A DNA stretch of 64,000 bases from Anaeromyxobacter sp. (GCA_049840735.1 JASGJN010000002.1:160001-224000); one strand, 5' to 3'; shown: positions 21,117 to 33,387, counted from the stretch's first letter. Translations and numbers: made by a program. Notes: generated by a model not told the origin, from the sequence alone.

Positions 21117-21539
21117 CTAGCGGCGCCGCTCCGCGGGCAGCTCGGAGGCGATCCGGTCGAGCACGCCGTTCACGAACGCGCCCGAGCTCTCCGAGCCGTA
21201 CTTCTTCCCCAGCTCGATCGCCTCGTTGATGGCCACCTTCACCGGCACGTCGGTCCGGAGCAGCTCGTAGACCGCCAGCCGGAGCACGTTCCGGTCCACC
21301 TTGGGCATCCGGTCGAGCCGCCAGTTGCTGGACGCGCCCTCGATGGCCTCGTCCACCGCGCGGCGGTGCTCGGCCACGCCGCGCACCATCCCCTCGGCCA
21401 GCTCGCGCACCTCGCGCTCCACCGGCTCGAAGCTCTTCCAGAAGCGCGCCAGGGCGTCCTCGATGCCCTCGGCCGCGACGTCGATCTGGTACAGCGCCTG
21501 GAGGGCCCGCTCGCGGGCCTTGGTCCGCCGTCCGGTCAC
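21117..21539 (-). CDS. nusB: Transcription antitermination factor NusB
   Basis: [39 protein letters not shown]. Confidence 0.96.
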   Translation of the reverse strand: MTGRRTKARERALQALYQIDVAAEGIEDALARFWKSFEPVEREVRELAEGMVRGVAEHRRAVDEAIEGASSNWRLDRMPKVDRNVLRLAVYELLRTDVPVKVAINEAIELGKKYGSESSGAFVNGVLDRIASELPAERRR

Positions 21540-21542
21540 GCG

Positions 21543-22034
21543 CTACTCCGTCCGCCGCGGCGCGGGCAGCCTGGCCGCCTCGCGCAGCACGTTGGCCTGC
21601 TCGATCGCCGCCGTCGCCGCCTCGGCGCCCTTGTTCCCCGCCTTCACCCCGGCCCGCTCCAGCGCCTGCTCCATGGTGTCGCAGGTCAGGATGCCCATCG
21701 AGACCGCGCAGCCGGCCTCCAGGGCCACCTGGGCCACGCCCTTGGTGGCCTCGCCGGCCACGTACTCGAAGTGCGGGGTGCCGCCGCGGATCACCGCCCC
21801 CAGCGCGACCACCAGGTCGTAGCGGCCGGAGAGGGCCACGCGCTTCAGCAGCGCCGGCAGCTCGAACGTGCCCGGGCAGCGGAAGACGTCGATGTCGTCC
21901 TTGCCCACGCCGTGCCGGCGGAGCGCGTCGTCCGCGCCCGCCAGGAGCTGCTCGGTGACCAGCGAGTTGAACCGCGCCACCACCAGGCACGCCTTGAGCC
22001 CGGTCGCGACCAGCTTCCCCTCGTAGACGTTCAT
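21543..22034 (-). CDS. ribH: 6,7-dimethyl-8-ribityllumazine synthase
   Basis: [35 protein letters not shown]. Confidence 0.96.
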   Translation of the reverse strand: MNVYEGKLVATGLKACLVVARFNSLVTEQLLAGADDALRRHGVGKDDIDVFRCPGTFELPALLKRVALSGRYDLVVALGAVIRGGTPHFEYVAGEATKGVAQVALEAGCAVSMGILTCDTMEQALERAGVKAGNKGAEAATAAIEQANVLREAARLPAPRRTE

Positions 22035-23371
22035 GACTTGCTCCTTCCCTTCGGGGCCGCGCGCCCGGCGCGCACGCGCCGGCCGGACCGCTCCGCCGCG
22101 CCCCCGCCGCCCGCGGCGCGGGCCTTGGCGGCCCGCGGCGCCGGCGACGGCTTGAGCGTCAGCAGGTGCCCCATCTTGTCCCGCTTGGTGGTGAGGTAGG
22201 CCCGGTTGCGGCGGGTGGGCGCCATCTCGATGGGCACCCGCTCCACCACCTCCAGCCCGTACCCCTCGAGCCCGATGATCTTCTTCGGGTTGTTGGTGAG
22301 CAGCCGCATCTTGCGGATGCCGAGGTCGCGCAGGATCTGGGCGCCGATGCCGTAGTCGCGGAGGTCGGGCTTGAAGCCCAGCTTCACGTTGGCCTCGAGC
22401 GTGTCGTAGCCCTGGTCCTGCAGGTTGTAGGCCTTGAGCTTGTTGACCAGGCCGATGCCGCGCCCCTCCTGATCCAGGTAGAGGAGCACGCCCTTGCCCG
22501 CCCGCTCGATCTGCTGGAGGGCCGCGTGCAGCTGCGGGCCGCAGTCGCACCGCTCGCTGCCGAACACGTCGCCGGTCAGGCACTTGGAGTGGACGCGCAC
22601 CAGCACCGGGTCGCCCTCGCGCCAGCGCCCCTTCACCAGCGCCACGTGCTGGTTGCGGTCCACCTCGTTCTCGTAGGCCACGGCGCGGAAGCCGCCGTAC
22701 ACGGTGGGCAGCGGCGCGTCGGCGGCGCGGTGGACCAGCGCGTCCTTGAGCATCCGGTAGGCGATGAGGTCCGCCACCGAGACGATGGGCAGGTCGTGCG
22801 CCCGGGAGAGGACCTCCAGCTCCGGGCGGCGCGCCATGGTGCCGTCGTCGTTCATCACCTCGCAGATCACGCCGGCCGGCTTGAGGCCGGCCAGCCGCGC
22901 CAGGTCGACCGAGCCCTCGGTCTGGCCGGCGCGCACCAGCACGCCGCCGCGCCGCGCCCGCAGCGGGAAGACGTGGCCGGGTCGGGCCAGGTCCTCGGGG
23001 CGGCAGTCGTCGCCGACCGCGGTGAGGATGGTGTGGGCCCGGTCCTTGGCGCTGATGCCGGTGGTGACGCCCTCGCGCGCCTCGATCGACACGGTGAAGG
23101 CGGTGCCGAACGACGACGTGTTGAAGGTGTCGTCCACCATCAGCGGCAGCCGCAGCGACCGGACCTTCTCCTCGGTGAGCGAGAGGCAGATCAGGCCCCG
23201 GCCGTACTTGGCCATGAAGTTGATGGCGGCCGGCGTGACCTTCTCCGCCGCCATGGTGAGGTCGCCCTCGTTCTCGCGGTCCTCGTCGTCGGTGACGATG
23301 ACCATCCGCCCGTCGCGGATCGCCTTCAGCGCGCGCTCCACGCGCTCCACCGCGAGCGCCCTGCCCTTCAT
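22031..23371 (-). CDS. ribBA: Bifunctional DHBP synthase / GTP cyclohydrolase II
   Basis: [42 protein letters not shown]. Confidence 0.97.
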   Translation of the reverse strand: MKGRALAVERVERALKAIRDGRMVIVTDDEDRENEGDLTMAAEKVTPAAINFMAKYGRGLICLSLTEEKVRSLRLPLMVDDTFNTSSFGTAFTVSIEAREGVTTGISAKDRAHTILTAVGDDCRPEDLARPGHVFPLRARRGGVLVRAGQTEGSVDLARLAGLKPAGVICEVMNDDGTMARRPELEVLSRAHDLPIVSVADLIAYRMLKDALVHRAADAPLPTVYGGFRAVAYENEVDRNQHVALVKGRWREGDPVLVRVHSKCLTGDVFGSERCDCGPQLHAALQQIERAGKGVLLYLDQEGRGIGLVNKLKAYNLQDQGYDTLEANVKLGFKPDLRDYGIGAQILRDLGIRKMRLLTNNPKKIIGLEGYGLEVVERVPIEMAPTRRNRAYLTTKRDKMGHLLTLKPSPAPRAAKARAAGGGGAAERSGRRVRAGRAAPKGRSKS

Positions 23372-24024
23372 CGACCGCTCCCCGGGCCGTAGCCCCAGCG
23401 CGCCAGCTCCGCCTCACCCTGGCCCGCGAGGCCGGAGAAGGCCTGCAGGCGCGCCACGTGCCGCGCGATCACGTCCACCTCGAGGTTGACCTTCGTGCCT
23501 GGCCCGGCGTCGGCGAGCGTGGTGCGCGCCAGCGTCTCCGGGATGAGCGCCACGTCGAACCGGTCCCGCCCGGCCGCCGCCACCGTCAGCGAGATGCCGT
23601 CCACCGCGATCGAGCCCTTCTCCGCCACCAGCGGCGCCAGCTCCGGGGGCAGCGCGAAGGTGAGCCGCACCCCCTGCCCCTCCGGCACCCGCCGCAGCAG
23701 CGCCGCCACCCCGTCCACGTGCCCCTGAACCAGGTGGCCGTCCAGGCGGTCGCCCAGCGCCAGCGCCCGCTCCAGATTCACGCGCGTCCCGGGCCGCCAG
23801 CTGCCCAGCGTGGTGCGCGCCAGCGTCTCGGGGACGGCGTCGAAGGAGGCCAGCCCCGCCCCGCGCTCCACCACGGTCAGGCACGCGCCGGAGCAGCAGA
23901 CGCTCTCGCCCAGCTTCAGCTCGTCCACCGGCAGGCGCTGCGGGCGCAGGGTGAGCCGGGCGCCCCCCTGCCGCGGGGTGATGCGCTCCACCACCCCCAT
24001 GTCCGCGATGAGCCCGGTGAACAT
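23368..24024 (-). CDS. ribE: Riboflavin synthase
   Basis: [34 protein letters not shown]. Confidence 0.96.
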   Translation of the reverse strand: MFTGLIADMGVVERITPRQGGARLTLRPQRLPVDELKLGESVCCSGACLTVVERGAGLASFDAVPETLARTTLGSWRPGTRVNLERALALGDRLDGHLVQGHVDGVAALLRRVPEGQGVRLTFALPPELAPLVAEKGSIAVDGISLTVAAAGRDRFDVALIPETLARTTLADAGPGTKVNLEVDVIARHVARLQAFSGLAGQGEAELARWGYGPGSGR

Positions 24025-24036
24025 TTCGGCGGAATC

Positions 24037-25263
24037 CTAGCCTCGTCGCGGGTTTCTGGCCAGCCGGCCGCTCCGGCGGTCCCGCGGCACGGTCCCGGTG
24101 ACGAGCACGTCGTCCCCGAGGCGCTCCACCGACACCTGGTCCAGCCGCAGGGCGTCGGACATGCGGGCCAGCCCGGCCCGCCCCCCGGGCCGGCCCAGCG
24201 GGCCGCCCACCCAGGACACACCGTCCGCGCCGGCAAGCTTCGGCGCCACGAAGACCACCGCCCGGTCGGCCAGCCGGGCCGCCAGGAAGGCCGCGTGGAC
24301 CCGGGCCCCGCCCTCCACCAGCAGGTGCGTGATGCCCCGCTGCGCCAGCTGGGCCAGCAGGTCGCGCAGGTCCACGCCGCCCGGGCCGGGGCGGCAGCGC
24401 AGCAGCTCGACGCCCGGGCCGGTCCGGCGCTTCCGGGCGCTGGCGTGCGCCACCCAGGTCGGCGCGGTCGAGCCCGGGTGGAAGAGCTTGAGCCGGGGCG
24501 GCAGGGTCAGGTCCGTGTCCAGCACCACGCGGACCGGGTCGCGGCCGCGCCCACCCGGGAGCCGGGTGGTCAGGGCGGGGTCGTCGGCCCGGGCCGTGCC
24601 GGCGCCCACCAGCACCGCGTCCACCCGGTCGCGCAGCGCGTGCACCCGGGCCCGCGCCTCCGGGCCGGTGACCCAGCGGGCGTCGCCGGTGCGGGTGGCC
24701 AGCTTGCCGTCCAGCGTGACCGCCGCCTTGAGGGTGACGAAGGGCCGGCGCTCGCGGATGTAGGTGAACCAGGCGGCGTTGAGCGCGTCGCACTCGGCGG
24801 TCAGCACGCCCGGCACCACCTCCACCCCGCGGCGGCGCAGCCGGGCCATGCCGCGCCCGTTGACCAGCGGGTTGGGATCCCGGGAGCCCACGTAGACGCG
24901 CCGCACCCCGGCCGCCAGGATGGCGGCCGAGCAGGGGGGCGTCCGGCCCTGGTGATCGCAGGGCTCGAGCGTGGTGTAGAGGTCGGCGCCGCGGGCCCGG
25001 GCGCCGGCCGCGCGCAGCGCGACCACCTCGGCGTGCGGGCCGCCGGCGCGGGCGTGGTGACCGCGGGCGATGACCCGGCCGTTCTTGACCAGCACCGCGC
25101 CGACCGCCGGGTTGGGGCTGGTCCGCCCCAGGCCGCGGGCCGCCTCGCGGAGCGCCACCCGCATGAAGAACTCGGCCACGGCGCGGTCCAGCAGCGCCGC
25201 GCGCGCCGGCCGCCGCGGCGGCCGCGTGCGGCCCCGCCGGCCCCGGACGACGACCCGGGTCAT
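24037..25263 (-). CDS. ribD: Riboflavin biosynthesis deaminase/reductase RibD
   Basis: [29 protein letters not shown]. Confidence 0.95.
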   Translation of the reverse strand: MTRVVVRGRRGRTRPPRRPARAALLDRAVAEFFMRVALREAARGLGRTSPNPAVGAVLVKNGRVIARGHHARAGGPHAEVVALRAAGARARGADLYTTLEPCDHQGRTPPCSAAILAAGVRRVYVGSRDPNPLVNGRGMARLRRRGVEVVPGVLTAECDALNAAWFTYIRERRPFVTLKAAVTLDGKLATRTGDARWVTGPEARARVHALRDRVDAVLVGAGTARADDPALTTRLPGGRGRDPVRVVLDTDLTLPPRLKLFHPGSTAPTWVAHASARKRRTGPGVELLRCRPGPGGVDLRDLLAQLAQRGITHLLVEGGARVHAAFLAARLADRAVVFVAPKLAGADGVSWVGGPLGRPGGRAGLARMSDALRLDQVSVERLGDDVLVTGTVPRDRRSGRLARNPRRG

Positions 25264-25735
25264 CGGCCGTCCTCCTCCCCGTCCGGCTTCTTCGCGAGCC
25301 CCTCCAGCTCGGTCATGAACTCGCCCACGTCGCGGAAGGCCCGGTACACGGAGGCGAAGCGGACGTAGGCCACCTCGTCCACGCTGCGGAGCCGGCGCAT
25401 GACCGCCTCGCCGATGGCCGGCGTGGGGATCTCGCGCTCGCCGCGGTCCTGGACCTCGCGCTCCACCGCGGCCACCAGGGCCTCGATCTGCTCCGTCGAG
25501 ACGGGCCGCTTCTGGCAGGCGATGGCCACGCCCTCGACGATCTTGCGCCGGTCGAAGGCCTCCCGCCGGCCGTCCTTCTTCACCACCTGCGGGAGGACCT
25601 CCTCGATCCGCTCGTAGGTGGTGAAGCGGCGGCTGCACCCCGAGCACTCGCGGCGCCGGCGGGTGGTCTGCCCGTCGCCGGTCTGCGCGAGTCGACCACG
25701 CGATCCTCGAGATGTCCGCAGTAGGGGCAGCGCAC
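25260..25735 (-). CDS. nrdR: Transcriptional repressor NrdR (1-nt deletion near 25685)
   Basis: [29 protein letters not shown] cone, AYVRFASVY. Confidence 0.93.
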
Positions 25736-25811
25736 GCCGTATGGTCTCCTCGCCGGTCCCGCCGGCCCGGCGCCGCGTGGGCGCGGGCCGGACAGGTCCC
25801 GGAGGAGCGTT

Positions 25812-27065
25812 CTACACCCGATCCGCGTACATCGGGAACTGCGCGCAGAGCTCGCGGACCTCGCCGCGGATCCTGGCCAGCGCCGCCTCGTCGGTGGGGG
25901 CGTCCAGCGCGCGGCCGATGAGCTGGGCGACGCGGGTCATCTCGGCCGTCCCCATCCCGCGGGTGGTCAGGGCCGGGGTCCCGACGCGGATGCCGGAGGT
26001 GACGAAGGGCTTCTCCGGATCCCAGGGGATCATGTTCTTGTTGACCGTGATGCCGGCCTTGCCCAGCGCCTCCTCGGCCACCTTGCCGGTCAGCTTCTTG
26101 GGGCGGAGGTCCACCAGCATCAGGTGGTTGTCGGTGCCGCCGGAGACCAGCCGCAGGCCGGCCGAGACCAGCCCGGCCGCCAGCGCCCTGGCGTTCTCCA
26201 CGATCCGCTGCTGGTAGACCTTGAACTCCGGCCGCAGCGCCTCGCCCAGCGCCACCGCCTTGGCGGCGATGACGTGCTCCAGCGGGCCGCCCTGGATGCC
26301 CGGGAAGATCTGCGAGTTGAGCGTCTTGGCGTGCGCCTCGCGGCTGAGGATCAGGCCGCCGCGGGGGCCGCGCAGGGTCTTGTGCGTGGTGGTGGTGACC
26401 AGCTCGGCGTACGGCACCGGCGACGGGTGGACGCCCGCCGCGACCAGGCCGGCGATGTGGGCCATGTCCACCATCATGACCGCCCCGACCTCGCGGGCGA
26501 TCTCGGCGAACCTCTCGAAGTGGAGCGTCCGCGGGTAGGCGCTGGCGCCGACCATCAGCACGCGCGGCCGGTGCTCGCGGGCCAGGCGCGCCACCTCGTC
26601 CATGTCGATGGTCTCGTCCGCCTGGCGCAGGCCGTAGGGGACGATCTTGAAGAGCTTGCCGGAGAAGTTGACCGGCGAGCCGTGCGTCAGGTGGCCGCCG
26701 AAGTTGAGGCTCATGGCCAGGATGGTGTCGCCCGGCTGCGCCACCGCGAAGTAGGCGGCCATGTTGGCCTGGGAGCCGGAGTGCGGCTGCACGTTGGCGT
26801 GCTCGGCCCCGAACAGCTGCTTGGCGCGGTCGATGGCCAGCTGCTCCACCTGGTCCACCACCTCGCAGCCGCCGTAGTACCGCTTGCCCGGGTAGCCCTC
26901 GGCGTACTTGTTCGTGAGGGTGGAGCCGGCCGCCTCCATCACCGCCGGGGAGACGAAGTTCTCGCTGGCGATGAGCTCGAGCCCCTCGGCCTGGCGGCGG
27001 GTCTCCTCGCGGATGAGCTTGGCGATCTGCGGATCGGCCTCGGCGAGCGGCTGCTTGGGCATCAT
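25812..27065 (-). CDS. glyA: Serine hydroxymethyltransferase
   Basis: [35 protein letters not shown]. Confidence 0.98.
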   Translation of the reverse strand: MMPKQPLAEADPQIAKLIREETRRQAEGLELIASENFVSPAVMEAAGSTLTNKYAEGYPGKRYYGGCEVVDQVEQLAIDRAKQLFGAEHANVQPHSGSQANMAAYFAVAQPGDTILAMSLNFGGHLTHGSPVNFSGKLFKIVPYGLRQADETIDMDEVARLAREHRPRVLMVGASAYPRTLHFERFAEIAREVGAVMMVDMAHIAGLVAAGVHPSPVPYAELVTTTTHKTLRGPRGGLILSREAHAKTLNSQIFPGIQGGPLEHVIAAKAVALGEALRPEFKVYQQRIVENARALAAGLVSAGLRLVSGGTDNHLMLVDLRPKKLTGKVAEEALGKAGITVNKNMIPWDPEKPFVTSGIRVGTPALTTRGMGTAEMTRVAQLIGRALDAPTDEAALARIRGEVRELCAQFPMYADRV

Positions 27066-27148
27066 CGTCGTGTCCTCCTGTGCCCTGGCGCGGCGGCGCT
27101 CGGGGCCCGCATTGATATCGCGGCCCGGGTCCCCGGGCAACGCGCGGA

Positions 27149-27586
27149 TCAGCGCTCCAGGGCCATGATCTTGGCCACCCGGCCGGCGTGCCGGCCGCCC
27201 TCGAAGGGCGTCTCCAGGAAGGCCTTCACGATGGCGGCGCCCACGCCCGGCCCCACCACCCGCTCCCCCAGGCACAGGACGTTGGCGTCGTTGTGCGCCC
27301 GGGCCATGCGGGCCTCGAACTCGGTGGAGCAGTGGGCGGCCCGGACGCCGTCCACCTTGTTGGCGGCGATGGACATGCCGATGCCGGTCCCGCACACCAG
27401 GATCCCCAGGTCGGCCCGCCCCGCCACCACCGCCTCGGCCACCTGCCGGGCGGCGTCCGGGTAGTCCACCCGCTCGCCCGCCGCCGGGCCGAGATCCTCG
27501 ACCTGGCACCCCGCCGCCTGCGCTGTCTTGACCACCTCGGCCCGGAGGGCGATGCCGGCGTGGTCGGAGGAGGTGATGAGCTTCAT
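27149..27586 (-). CDS. rpiB: Ribose-5-phosphate isomerase B
   Basis: SDHAG, VDYPD, CGTGIGM, HNDAN, FEGGRH. Confidence 0.96.
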   Translation of the reverse strand: MKLITSSDHAGIALRAEVVKTAQAAGCQVEDLGPAAGERVDYPDAARQVAEAVVAGRADLGILVCGTGIGMSIAANKVDGVRAAHCSTEFEARMARAHNDANVLCLGERVVGPGVGAAIVKAFLETPFEGGRHAGRVAKIMALER

Positions 27587-27671
27587 GGGGGCCTCGGGAG
27601 GCGGCCTCAGGCGTCGGGCCCCAGGCGTGGAGAGGCGGCCTGAGGCCCTGGGTACGCGGCGCGCGCCGCCC

Positions 27672-28913
27672 TCAGACTCGCTTGAACAGCACCACCGCGT
27701 TGGTCCCGCCGAACCCGAACGAGTTCGACATGGCGTAGTCCACCCGGACCTCGCGCGCCGTGTTGGGGATCACGTCCAGCGGGCACTCCGGGTCCTGGTC
27801 CTCGACGTTGATGGTCGGGGGCAGGACGCCCTTGGCGATGGCCAGGACCGTGATGACGGCCTCGGCGCCGCCGGCCGCGCCCAGCAGGTGGCCCAGCATC
27901 GACTTGGTCGAGCTGACCATCAGCCCCTTCTTCGCGTGCTCGCCGAAGACCTTGGCGATGCCCTGGCACTCGGCCGGATCGCCGGCCGGGGTGGAGGTGC
28001 CGTGGGTGTTGATGTAGCCGACCTGCTCCGGGTTGATGGCGGCGTCGCGCAGCGCCATCTTCATCGCGCGCTGGCCGCCCTCGCCCTCGGGGGCCGGGGA
28101 GGTGATGTGGTACGCGTCGGCGGTGGCGCCGTAGCCCACCAGCTCGGCGTAGACGCGCGCGCCGCGGGCGCGGGCGTGCTCGTACTCCTCGAGGATCAGG
28201 ATGCCGGAGCCCTCGCCGGCCACGAAGCCGTCGCGCCCCTTGTCGAAGGGCCGGCTGGCCTTCTCCGGCGCGTCGTTCCGCTCGGAGAGGGCGCGCGCGG
28301 CGCAGAAGCCGCCGATGCCCAGCGGCGTGATGGTGGCCTCGCAGCCGCCGGTGACCATCACGTCGGCCATGCCGCGCTCGATCACCATCATGGCGTCGCC
28401 GATGGAGTGGTTGCCGGTGGCGCAGGCGGAGACGGGCGAGTAGTTCGGCCCCTTCATGCCGTAGCGCAGGCTGATCTGGCCGGGGGCCAGGTTGATGATG
28501 AGCGACGGGATGAAGAACGGGCCGATCTTCTTGACCCCCTTCGCCATGAACGTCGTGTGCTCGTCCTCGATGCTGCCCAGGCCGCCGATGCCGGCGCCCA
28601 CGATGCAGCCGACGCGCTCGGCGTCGACCTTGGCCATGTCGAGGCCGGCGTCCTTCACCGCCATGTCGGCCGCCGCCAGCGCGAACTGGATGAAGCGGTC
28701 GTTGCGGCGCGCCTCCTTGCGGTCCATGAACTGCGAGGGGTCGAACCCCTTCACCTCGCCGGCGATGCGGGTCGGGAAGGTGGAGGCGTCGAAGAGCGTG
28801 ATGGGCCCGATGCCGCTCTTGCCCGCCAGCAGCCCGCTCCACGAGGGATTGACTCCGACCCCCAGCGGCGAGACCAGCCCCACTCCGGTGACGACGACGC
28901 GACGCCTGCTCAT
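27672..28913 (-). CDS. fabF: 3-oxoacyl-ACP synthase II
   Basis: VSACATG, HGTST, GHLLGAAG, NSFGFGG. Confidence 0.97.
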   Translation of the reverse strand: MSRRRVVVTGVGLVSPLGVGVNPSWSGLLAGKSGIGPITLFDASTFPTRIAGEVKGFDPSQFMDRKEARRNDRFIQFALAAADMAVKDAGLDMAKVDAERVGCIVGAGIGGLGSIEDEHTTFMAKGVKKIGPFFIPSLIINLAPGQISLRYGMKGPNYSPVSACATGNHSIGDAMMVIERGMADVMVTGGCEATITPLGIGGFCAARALSERNDAPEKASRPFDKGRDGFVAGEGSGILILEEYEHARARGARVYAELVGYGATADAYHITSPAPEGEGGQRAMKMALRDAAINPEQVGYINTHGTSTPAGDPAECQGIAKVFGEHAKKGLMVSSTKSMLGHLLGAAGGAEAVITVLAIAKGVLPPTINVEDQDPECPLDVIPNTAREVRVDYAMSNSFGFGGTNAVVLFKRV

Positions 28914-29054
28914 GGACCGTATCCTCCAGAAGACGTGAGACCAGCGGAGCGGCGAGGTCCCCCCGGGCCTGCCGCCCGCACCATCCCCCTCGGGGCCCGG
29001 GGCGCGCCACCCCGCCTCGCGGCGTGCGGCGATCGCCCGGACCGGCGGGTGAGG

Positions 29055-29294
29055 CTACTTCTTGTGCGTGGTGACGTAGTTGACCGCGTCCTGCACGGTC
29101 TTGATGTTCTCGGCCTCCTCGTCGGGGATCTCGACCTCGAACTCCTCCTCCATCGCCATGACCAGCTCGACGATGTCGAGCGAGTCCGCGCCGAGGTCCT
29201 CGATGAAGCTGGAGGTCTGCTTGATCTCGTCCTCGCCGACGCCCAGCTGGTCCGCGATGATGTTCTTCACCTTCTGCTCGATCGTTGCCGACAT
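29055..29294 (-). CDS. acpP: Acyl carrier protein
   Basis: [14 protein letters not shown]. Confidence 0.98.
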   Translation of the reverse strand: MSATIEQKVKNIIADQLGVGEDEIKQTSSFIEDLGADSLDIVELVMAMEEEFEVEIPDEEAENIKTVQDAVNYVTTHKK

Positions 29295-29345
29295 GGTGTC
29301 CTCCTCCGTTGGGTGGTGCGAAGGCCGCAGCGACGCTGCGGCTGG

Positions 29346-30095
29346 CTACATGTACATCCCGCCGTTGACCCGCAGCGTCTCGCCGGTCACGTACGCCGCC
29401 CGATCGCTCGCCAGGAACGCGACCGCGTCGGCCACGTCCTGCGCGCTGCCCAGCCGCGCGAGCGGGATCAGCTCCTGCATCTTCGTCTTGGCCGCCTCCG
29501 GGAGGCCAGCGGTCATGTCGGTGTCGATGTAACCCGGCGCGACCGCGTTGACCCGGACGTTGCGCGAGGCCAGCTCGCGGGCCACCGACTTGGTGAGGCC
29601 GATGAGCCCGGCCTTGGTGGCGGCGTAGGCGGCCTGCCCGGCGTTGCCCATCTCCCCGACCACCGAGGTCAGGTTCACGATGGCCCCGCCCCGCTGCTTC
29701 ATCATCGGGCGGGTGACGGCCTTCATCAGGTTGAAGGCGCCGGTCAGGTTGACCTGCAGCTGGCGGTTCCAGTCCTCGTCCTTGAGCCGCATGAGCAGCT
29801 GGTCCACCGCGATGCCAGCGTTGTTCACCAGCACGTGCAGCCCGCCCCACTCGGCCACGATGGCCTCCACCGCCGCGCTGCAGGCGGCCGGGTCGGCCAC
29901 GTCGAAGCGGTACAGCTTGGCGCGCGGCGCGCCCGCCTCCTGCACCAGCTTGAGCGCCTCGGCGGCGGCGGCCTCGTTCCCGGCGTAGTTGAGCGCGACG
30001 CTGGCCCCGCCCCGGGCGAGCGTGACCGCGATGGCGCGGCCGATGCCGCGCGACGCGCCGGTGACGAGGGCGACCTTGCCCTGGAAGTCGAACAT
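29346..30095 (-). CDS. fabG: 3-oxoacyl-ACP reductase
   Basis: TGASRGIG, NNAG, YAATK, within fab operon. Confidence 0.96.
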   Translation of the reverse strand: MFDFQGKVALVTGASRGIGRAIAVTLARGGASVALNYAGNEAAAAEALKLVQEAGAPRAKLYRFDVADPAACSAAVEAIVAEWGGLHVLVNNAGIAVDQLLMRLKDEDWNRQLQVNLTGAFNLMKAVTRPMMKQRGGAIVNLTSVVGEMGNAGQAAYAATKAGLIGLTKSVARELASRNVRVNAVAPGYIDTDMTAGLPEAAKTKMQELIPLARLGSAQDVADAVAFLASDRAAYVTGETLRVNGGMYM

Positions 30096-30101
30096 GGCTG
30101 C

Positions 30102-31053
30102 CTACGCTCCCTGGCCCTTGAGGGCCGTGAGGGTCTTCTCCAGCGAGGCCCGATCCTCGACGTGATGGACCTCGATGCCCTTCTCGATGCGCTTGACCAG
30201 GCTGGACAGCACCTTGCCCGGTCCGACCTCCACCACGCGCGTGACACCCTGCCGCGCCAGCTCCTGGACGCACTCGATCCAGCGCACCGGGGCCGTGACC
30301 TGCTCCACGAGGAGGGGCACGATCCGGGCCGGGTCGGCGTTGGGCGTGGCCTCGACGTTGGTGACCACCGGCGCCGAGGGCGCCTTCCAGGCGATGGCCC
30401 GGAGGACCGGCTCCAGCCGGGCCTTCACCGGCTGCATCAGGGCCGAGTGGAAGGGAGCGGAGACGGGGAGCGGCACCACGCGCTTGGCGCCGGCGGCCTT
30501 GAGCCGCTCGCCCGCCTTCTCGACCGCGCCCGCCGTCCCGGCGATCACCACCTGGACCGGGTCGTTGTAGTTGGCCGGCGCCACCAGCTCGCCGGTCTCT
30601 GCGGTCACCGCGTCGCAGAATCTCCTTCACCGCGGGAGGATGGAGCCCCAGCACGGCGCTCATGGCGCCCTGCCCGGCCGGCACGGCCTCCTGCATGAAG
30701 CTGCCGCGGGCGCGCACCGCGCGGGCCGCCTCGGCCGCGCCGCAGGCAGAGGCCGCCACCAGCGCCGAGTACTCGCCCAGCGAGTGGCCGGCCACCAGGT
30801 CCGGCTTCAGGCCCTCGCGGGCCAGCACCGCCGCGGCGGCCGCCGAGACGGTGAGGATGCAGGGCTGGGTGTTGGCGGTCAGCTTGAGCCGGTCCTCGGG
30901 CCCTTCGAAGCAGAGGCGCGAGATCTCCCCGTCCAGCGCGGCGTCGGCCGCCTGGAAGACGGCGCGGGCCTCGGGGAAGGCGTCGTGGAGGTCCTTCCCC
31001 ATGCCGACGGTCTGCGACCCCTGGCCCGGGAAGACGAAGGCGAGCTTGCCCAT
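30102..31053 (-). CDS. fabD: Malonyl-CoA:ACP transacylase (1-nt insertion at 30618-30622)
   Basis: FPGQGSQ, GHSLGE, SAPFHS, EVGPG. Confidence 0.95.
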
Positions 31054-31080
31054 GGTGTGTGTTCTCCTCGGTGACCCGGC

Positions 31081-32061
31081 CTACCAGCGGACCAGGCTCG
31101 CGCCCCAGGCCATGCCGGCGCCAATCCCCATCATCAGGACCACGTCACCCGGCTGCAGCCTCCCGGCGCGGTTGGCCTCGTCGAGCGTCATGGGGACGCT
31201 GGCCGACGAGGTGTTGCCGTACTTCTCGAGATTCATCCAGCAGCGCTCGGGCGGCACGCCCAGGCGCTCCAGGGTGGCGTCCAGGATCCGCTTGTTGGCC
31301 TGGTGCGCGATGACGTGGTTCACGTCGGAGGGGGCGAGGTGCTCGACGGCCAGCACCTCGCGGCTGACGTCCTCCAGCGCGCGGACGGCCACCTTGAAGA
31401 CCTCGCGGCCGTTCATCTTCACGAAGTGCGACCGCTCGCGGACCACCTTCTCCGAGATGGGGTCGGCGGAGCCGCCGCCCGGCATGAGCAGGATGGGCAC
31501 CAGCGAGCCGTCGGAGTGGAGCTTGGTGGCGATCACGCCGCGCTTCGGGTCCTCGGTGGGCTTGAGCACCATGGCGCCGGCGGCGTCGCCGAAGAGGATG
31601 GCGGTGTTCCGGTCGGACCAGTCGGTGATCTTGGAGAGCGACTCGGCGCCGATCACCAGCGCGTTCTTCACCTGGCCGGAGGAGACGAACCGGTCGGCGA
31701 TGGAGAGCGCGTAGAGCGAGCCGGCGCAGGCGGCGGAGACGTCGAAGGCGAAGGCCTTCTTGTTGCCCAGCTTCCCCTGGAGCACCGCGGCGCAGGAGGG
31801 GAACGGGTAGTCGGCCGTGATGGTGCCGACCACGATCAGCTCCACGTCCTCCGGGGCGATCCCGGCCGAGGCCAGGGCGCGGCGGGAGGCCTGCAGGGCC
31901 AGGTCGCTGGTGGCCTCGTCGGCGCGGGCGATGTGCCGCTCACGGATGCCGGTCCGCTCCACGATCCACTGGTCGTTGGTCTCGACCAGCTTCTCGAGAT
32001 CGGCGTTGGTGAGCACCTTCTCGGGCGCGTAGGAGCCGGTGGCGGCGATGAGCGAGCGCAT
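31081..32061 (-). CDS. fabH: 3-oxoacyl-ACP synthase III
   Basis: AACAG, FGDAAGA, HQAN, YGNTSSAS. Confidence 0.97.
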   Translation of the reverse strand: MRSLIAATGSYAPEKVLTNADLEKLVETNDQWIVERTGIRERHIARADEATSDLALQASRRALASAGIAPEDVELIVVGTITADYPFPSCAAVLQGKLGNKKAFAFDVSAACAGSLYALSIADRFVSSGQVKNALVIGAESLSKITDWSDRNTAILFGDAAGAMVLKPTEDPKRGVIATKLHSDGSLVPILLMPGGGSADPISEKVVRERSHFVKMNGREVFKVAVRALEDVSREVLAVEHLAPSDVNHVIAHQANKRILDATLERLGVPPERCWMNLEKYGNTSSASVPMTLDEANRAGRLQPGDVVLMMGIGAGMAWGASLVRW

Positions 32062-32076
32062 GCGTCGTTCCTCGGG

Positions 32077-33165
32077 TCAGGCGTCGCGGGGAGGGGCCGT
32101 CCGGCGTGGACCGTCGGCCTCGCCGGGCGCGGACGCTTCCTCCGCCTCGGCGAGCAGAGCCCGGGACGGCGCGACGGCCGCCTCGATCTCGTCGGTGAAG
32201 TGGGCCCGCGCGGCGTCGGCCGCGCGGCGGATGGCGTTCTCGATGGCCAGCGCGTCGGAGCGGCCGTGGCACACGAAGCCCACGCCGTTGACGCCCACCA
32301 GCGGGGCCCCGCCCACGGTGCGCCAGTCGATCCGCTGCTTCATTCGCCCCAGCGCGCGCTTCGCCAACAGCCCGCCGATGGCGGCCCAGGGCGAGCTCTT
32401 GAAGGAGCGCTTCAGGTACTCGCCGACCACGCGGGCGGTGCCCTCCATGGTCTTGAGCGCCACGTTCCCGGTGAAGCCGTCGGTGACGATGACGTCGAAC
32501 TCGCCGGTGAGGAGATCGCGCCCCTCGCAGTACCCGACGAAGTCCAGCTTCGAGCGGCGCAGCGCGGCCGAGGCCAGCCGGGTCAGGTCGGTGCCCTTCG
32601 ACTCCTCCTCGCCGTTGGCGAGGACGGCCACGCGCGGCCGCGCCACGCCGCAGACGCGGCGGGCGTAGACCTCGCCCATCAGCCCGAACTGCACGAGGTG
32701 GAGCGGCTTGCAGTCCACCATCGCGCCCATGTCGAGCAGGATGGTGGGCTTGTCGAGCGAGGGGAGGACCGAGATGATCGCCGGCCGCTCCACGTCGGCG
32801 GGGCGGCCCAGCACGAAGATGGCGCCCGCCATGACCGCGCCGGAGTGACCGGCGGAGACCATGGCGCTGGCGCGCCCGCTCCGCACCAGCTCGAAGCAGA
32901 CGCGGATCGAGTTGTCCTTCTTGCGGCGCATCGCCTGGCCGGGCGAGTCGTGCATCTCCACGACCTCGCCGGCGTGGTGCACCTCGATCGGCAGGCGAGG
33001 CTCCGCCCCCGCGCGCGAGAGCTCGGCGCGAACGCGCTCCTCGGGGCCGACCAGGAGGACCGGCAACCCCTTACGCGCTGCGTTAACCCCTCCCTGTACG
33101 ATCGCGCCCGGGGCGTTGTCGCCCCCCATGGCATCCAGTGCGACGGGCGCGATCGACTCGGACAC
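32077..33165 (-). CDS. plsX: Phosphate acyltransferase PlsX
   Basis: ALDAMGGDNAP, DGFTGNVALK, HGRS. Confidence 0.96.
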   Translation of the reverse strand: MSESIAPVALDAMGGDNAPGAIVQGGVNAARKGLPVLLVGPEERVRAELSRAGAEPRLPIEVHHAGEVVEMHDSPGQAMRRKKDNSIRVCFELVRSGRASAMVSAGHSGAVMAGAIFVLGRPADVERPAIISVLPSLDKPTILLDMGAMVDCKPLHLVQFGLMGEVYARRVCGVARPRVAVLANGEEESKGTDLTRLASAALRRSKLDFVGYCEGRDLLTGEFDVIVTDGFTGNVALKTMEGTARVVGEYLKRSFKSSPWAAIGGLLAKRALGRMKQRIDWRTVGGAPLVGVNGVGFVCHGRSDALAIENAIRRAADAARAHFTDEIEAAVAPSRALLAEAEEASAPGEADGPRRTAPPRDA

Positions 33166-33171
33166 GGGAGG

Positions 33172-33351
33172 TTACGTGCCCTCGATGACCGTCTCGCCCT
33201 TGTACGAGCCGCAGGACGGGCACGCGCGGTGCGGGAGCACGGGCTCCTTGCACTTCGGGCACTTGATGACGTTGACGGGCTTGAGCTTGAAATTCGCCGC
33301 CCGGCGGCGGTCGCGCCGCATGCTGCTGGTCCGCTTCTTCGGAACGCCCAC
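33172..33351 (-). CDS. rpmF: 50S ribosomal protein L32 (Cys-containing form)
   Basis: Manual translation MGVPKKRTSSMRRDRRR...CPKC...HRACPSCGSYKG; missed by ORF track. Confidence 0.95.
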   Translation of the reverse strand: MGVPKKRTSSMRRDRRRAANFKLKPVNVIKCPKCKEPVLPHRACPSCGSYKGETVIEGT

Positions 33352-33387
33352 GTGATGCTCCTTCCAGTGCTCGATGCGGCCGCTGGA

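Noticed and set aside
25736..25811. FMN riboswitch ahead of nrdR-rib genes
   Set aside because: Spacer only about 75 nt, no RFN conserved motifs
6122..31053. leuS, cheA, nrdR, fabD as pseudogenes or programmed frameshifts
   Set aside because: Single-base indels in otherwise intact, partly essential genes, mostly at GATC or homopolymers; sequencing error is simpler
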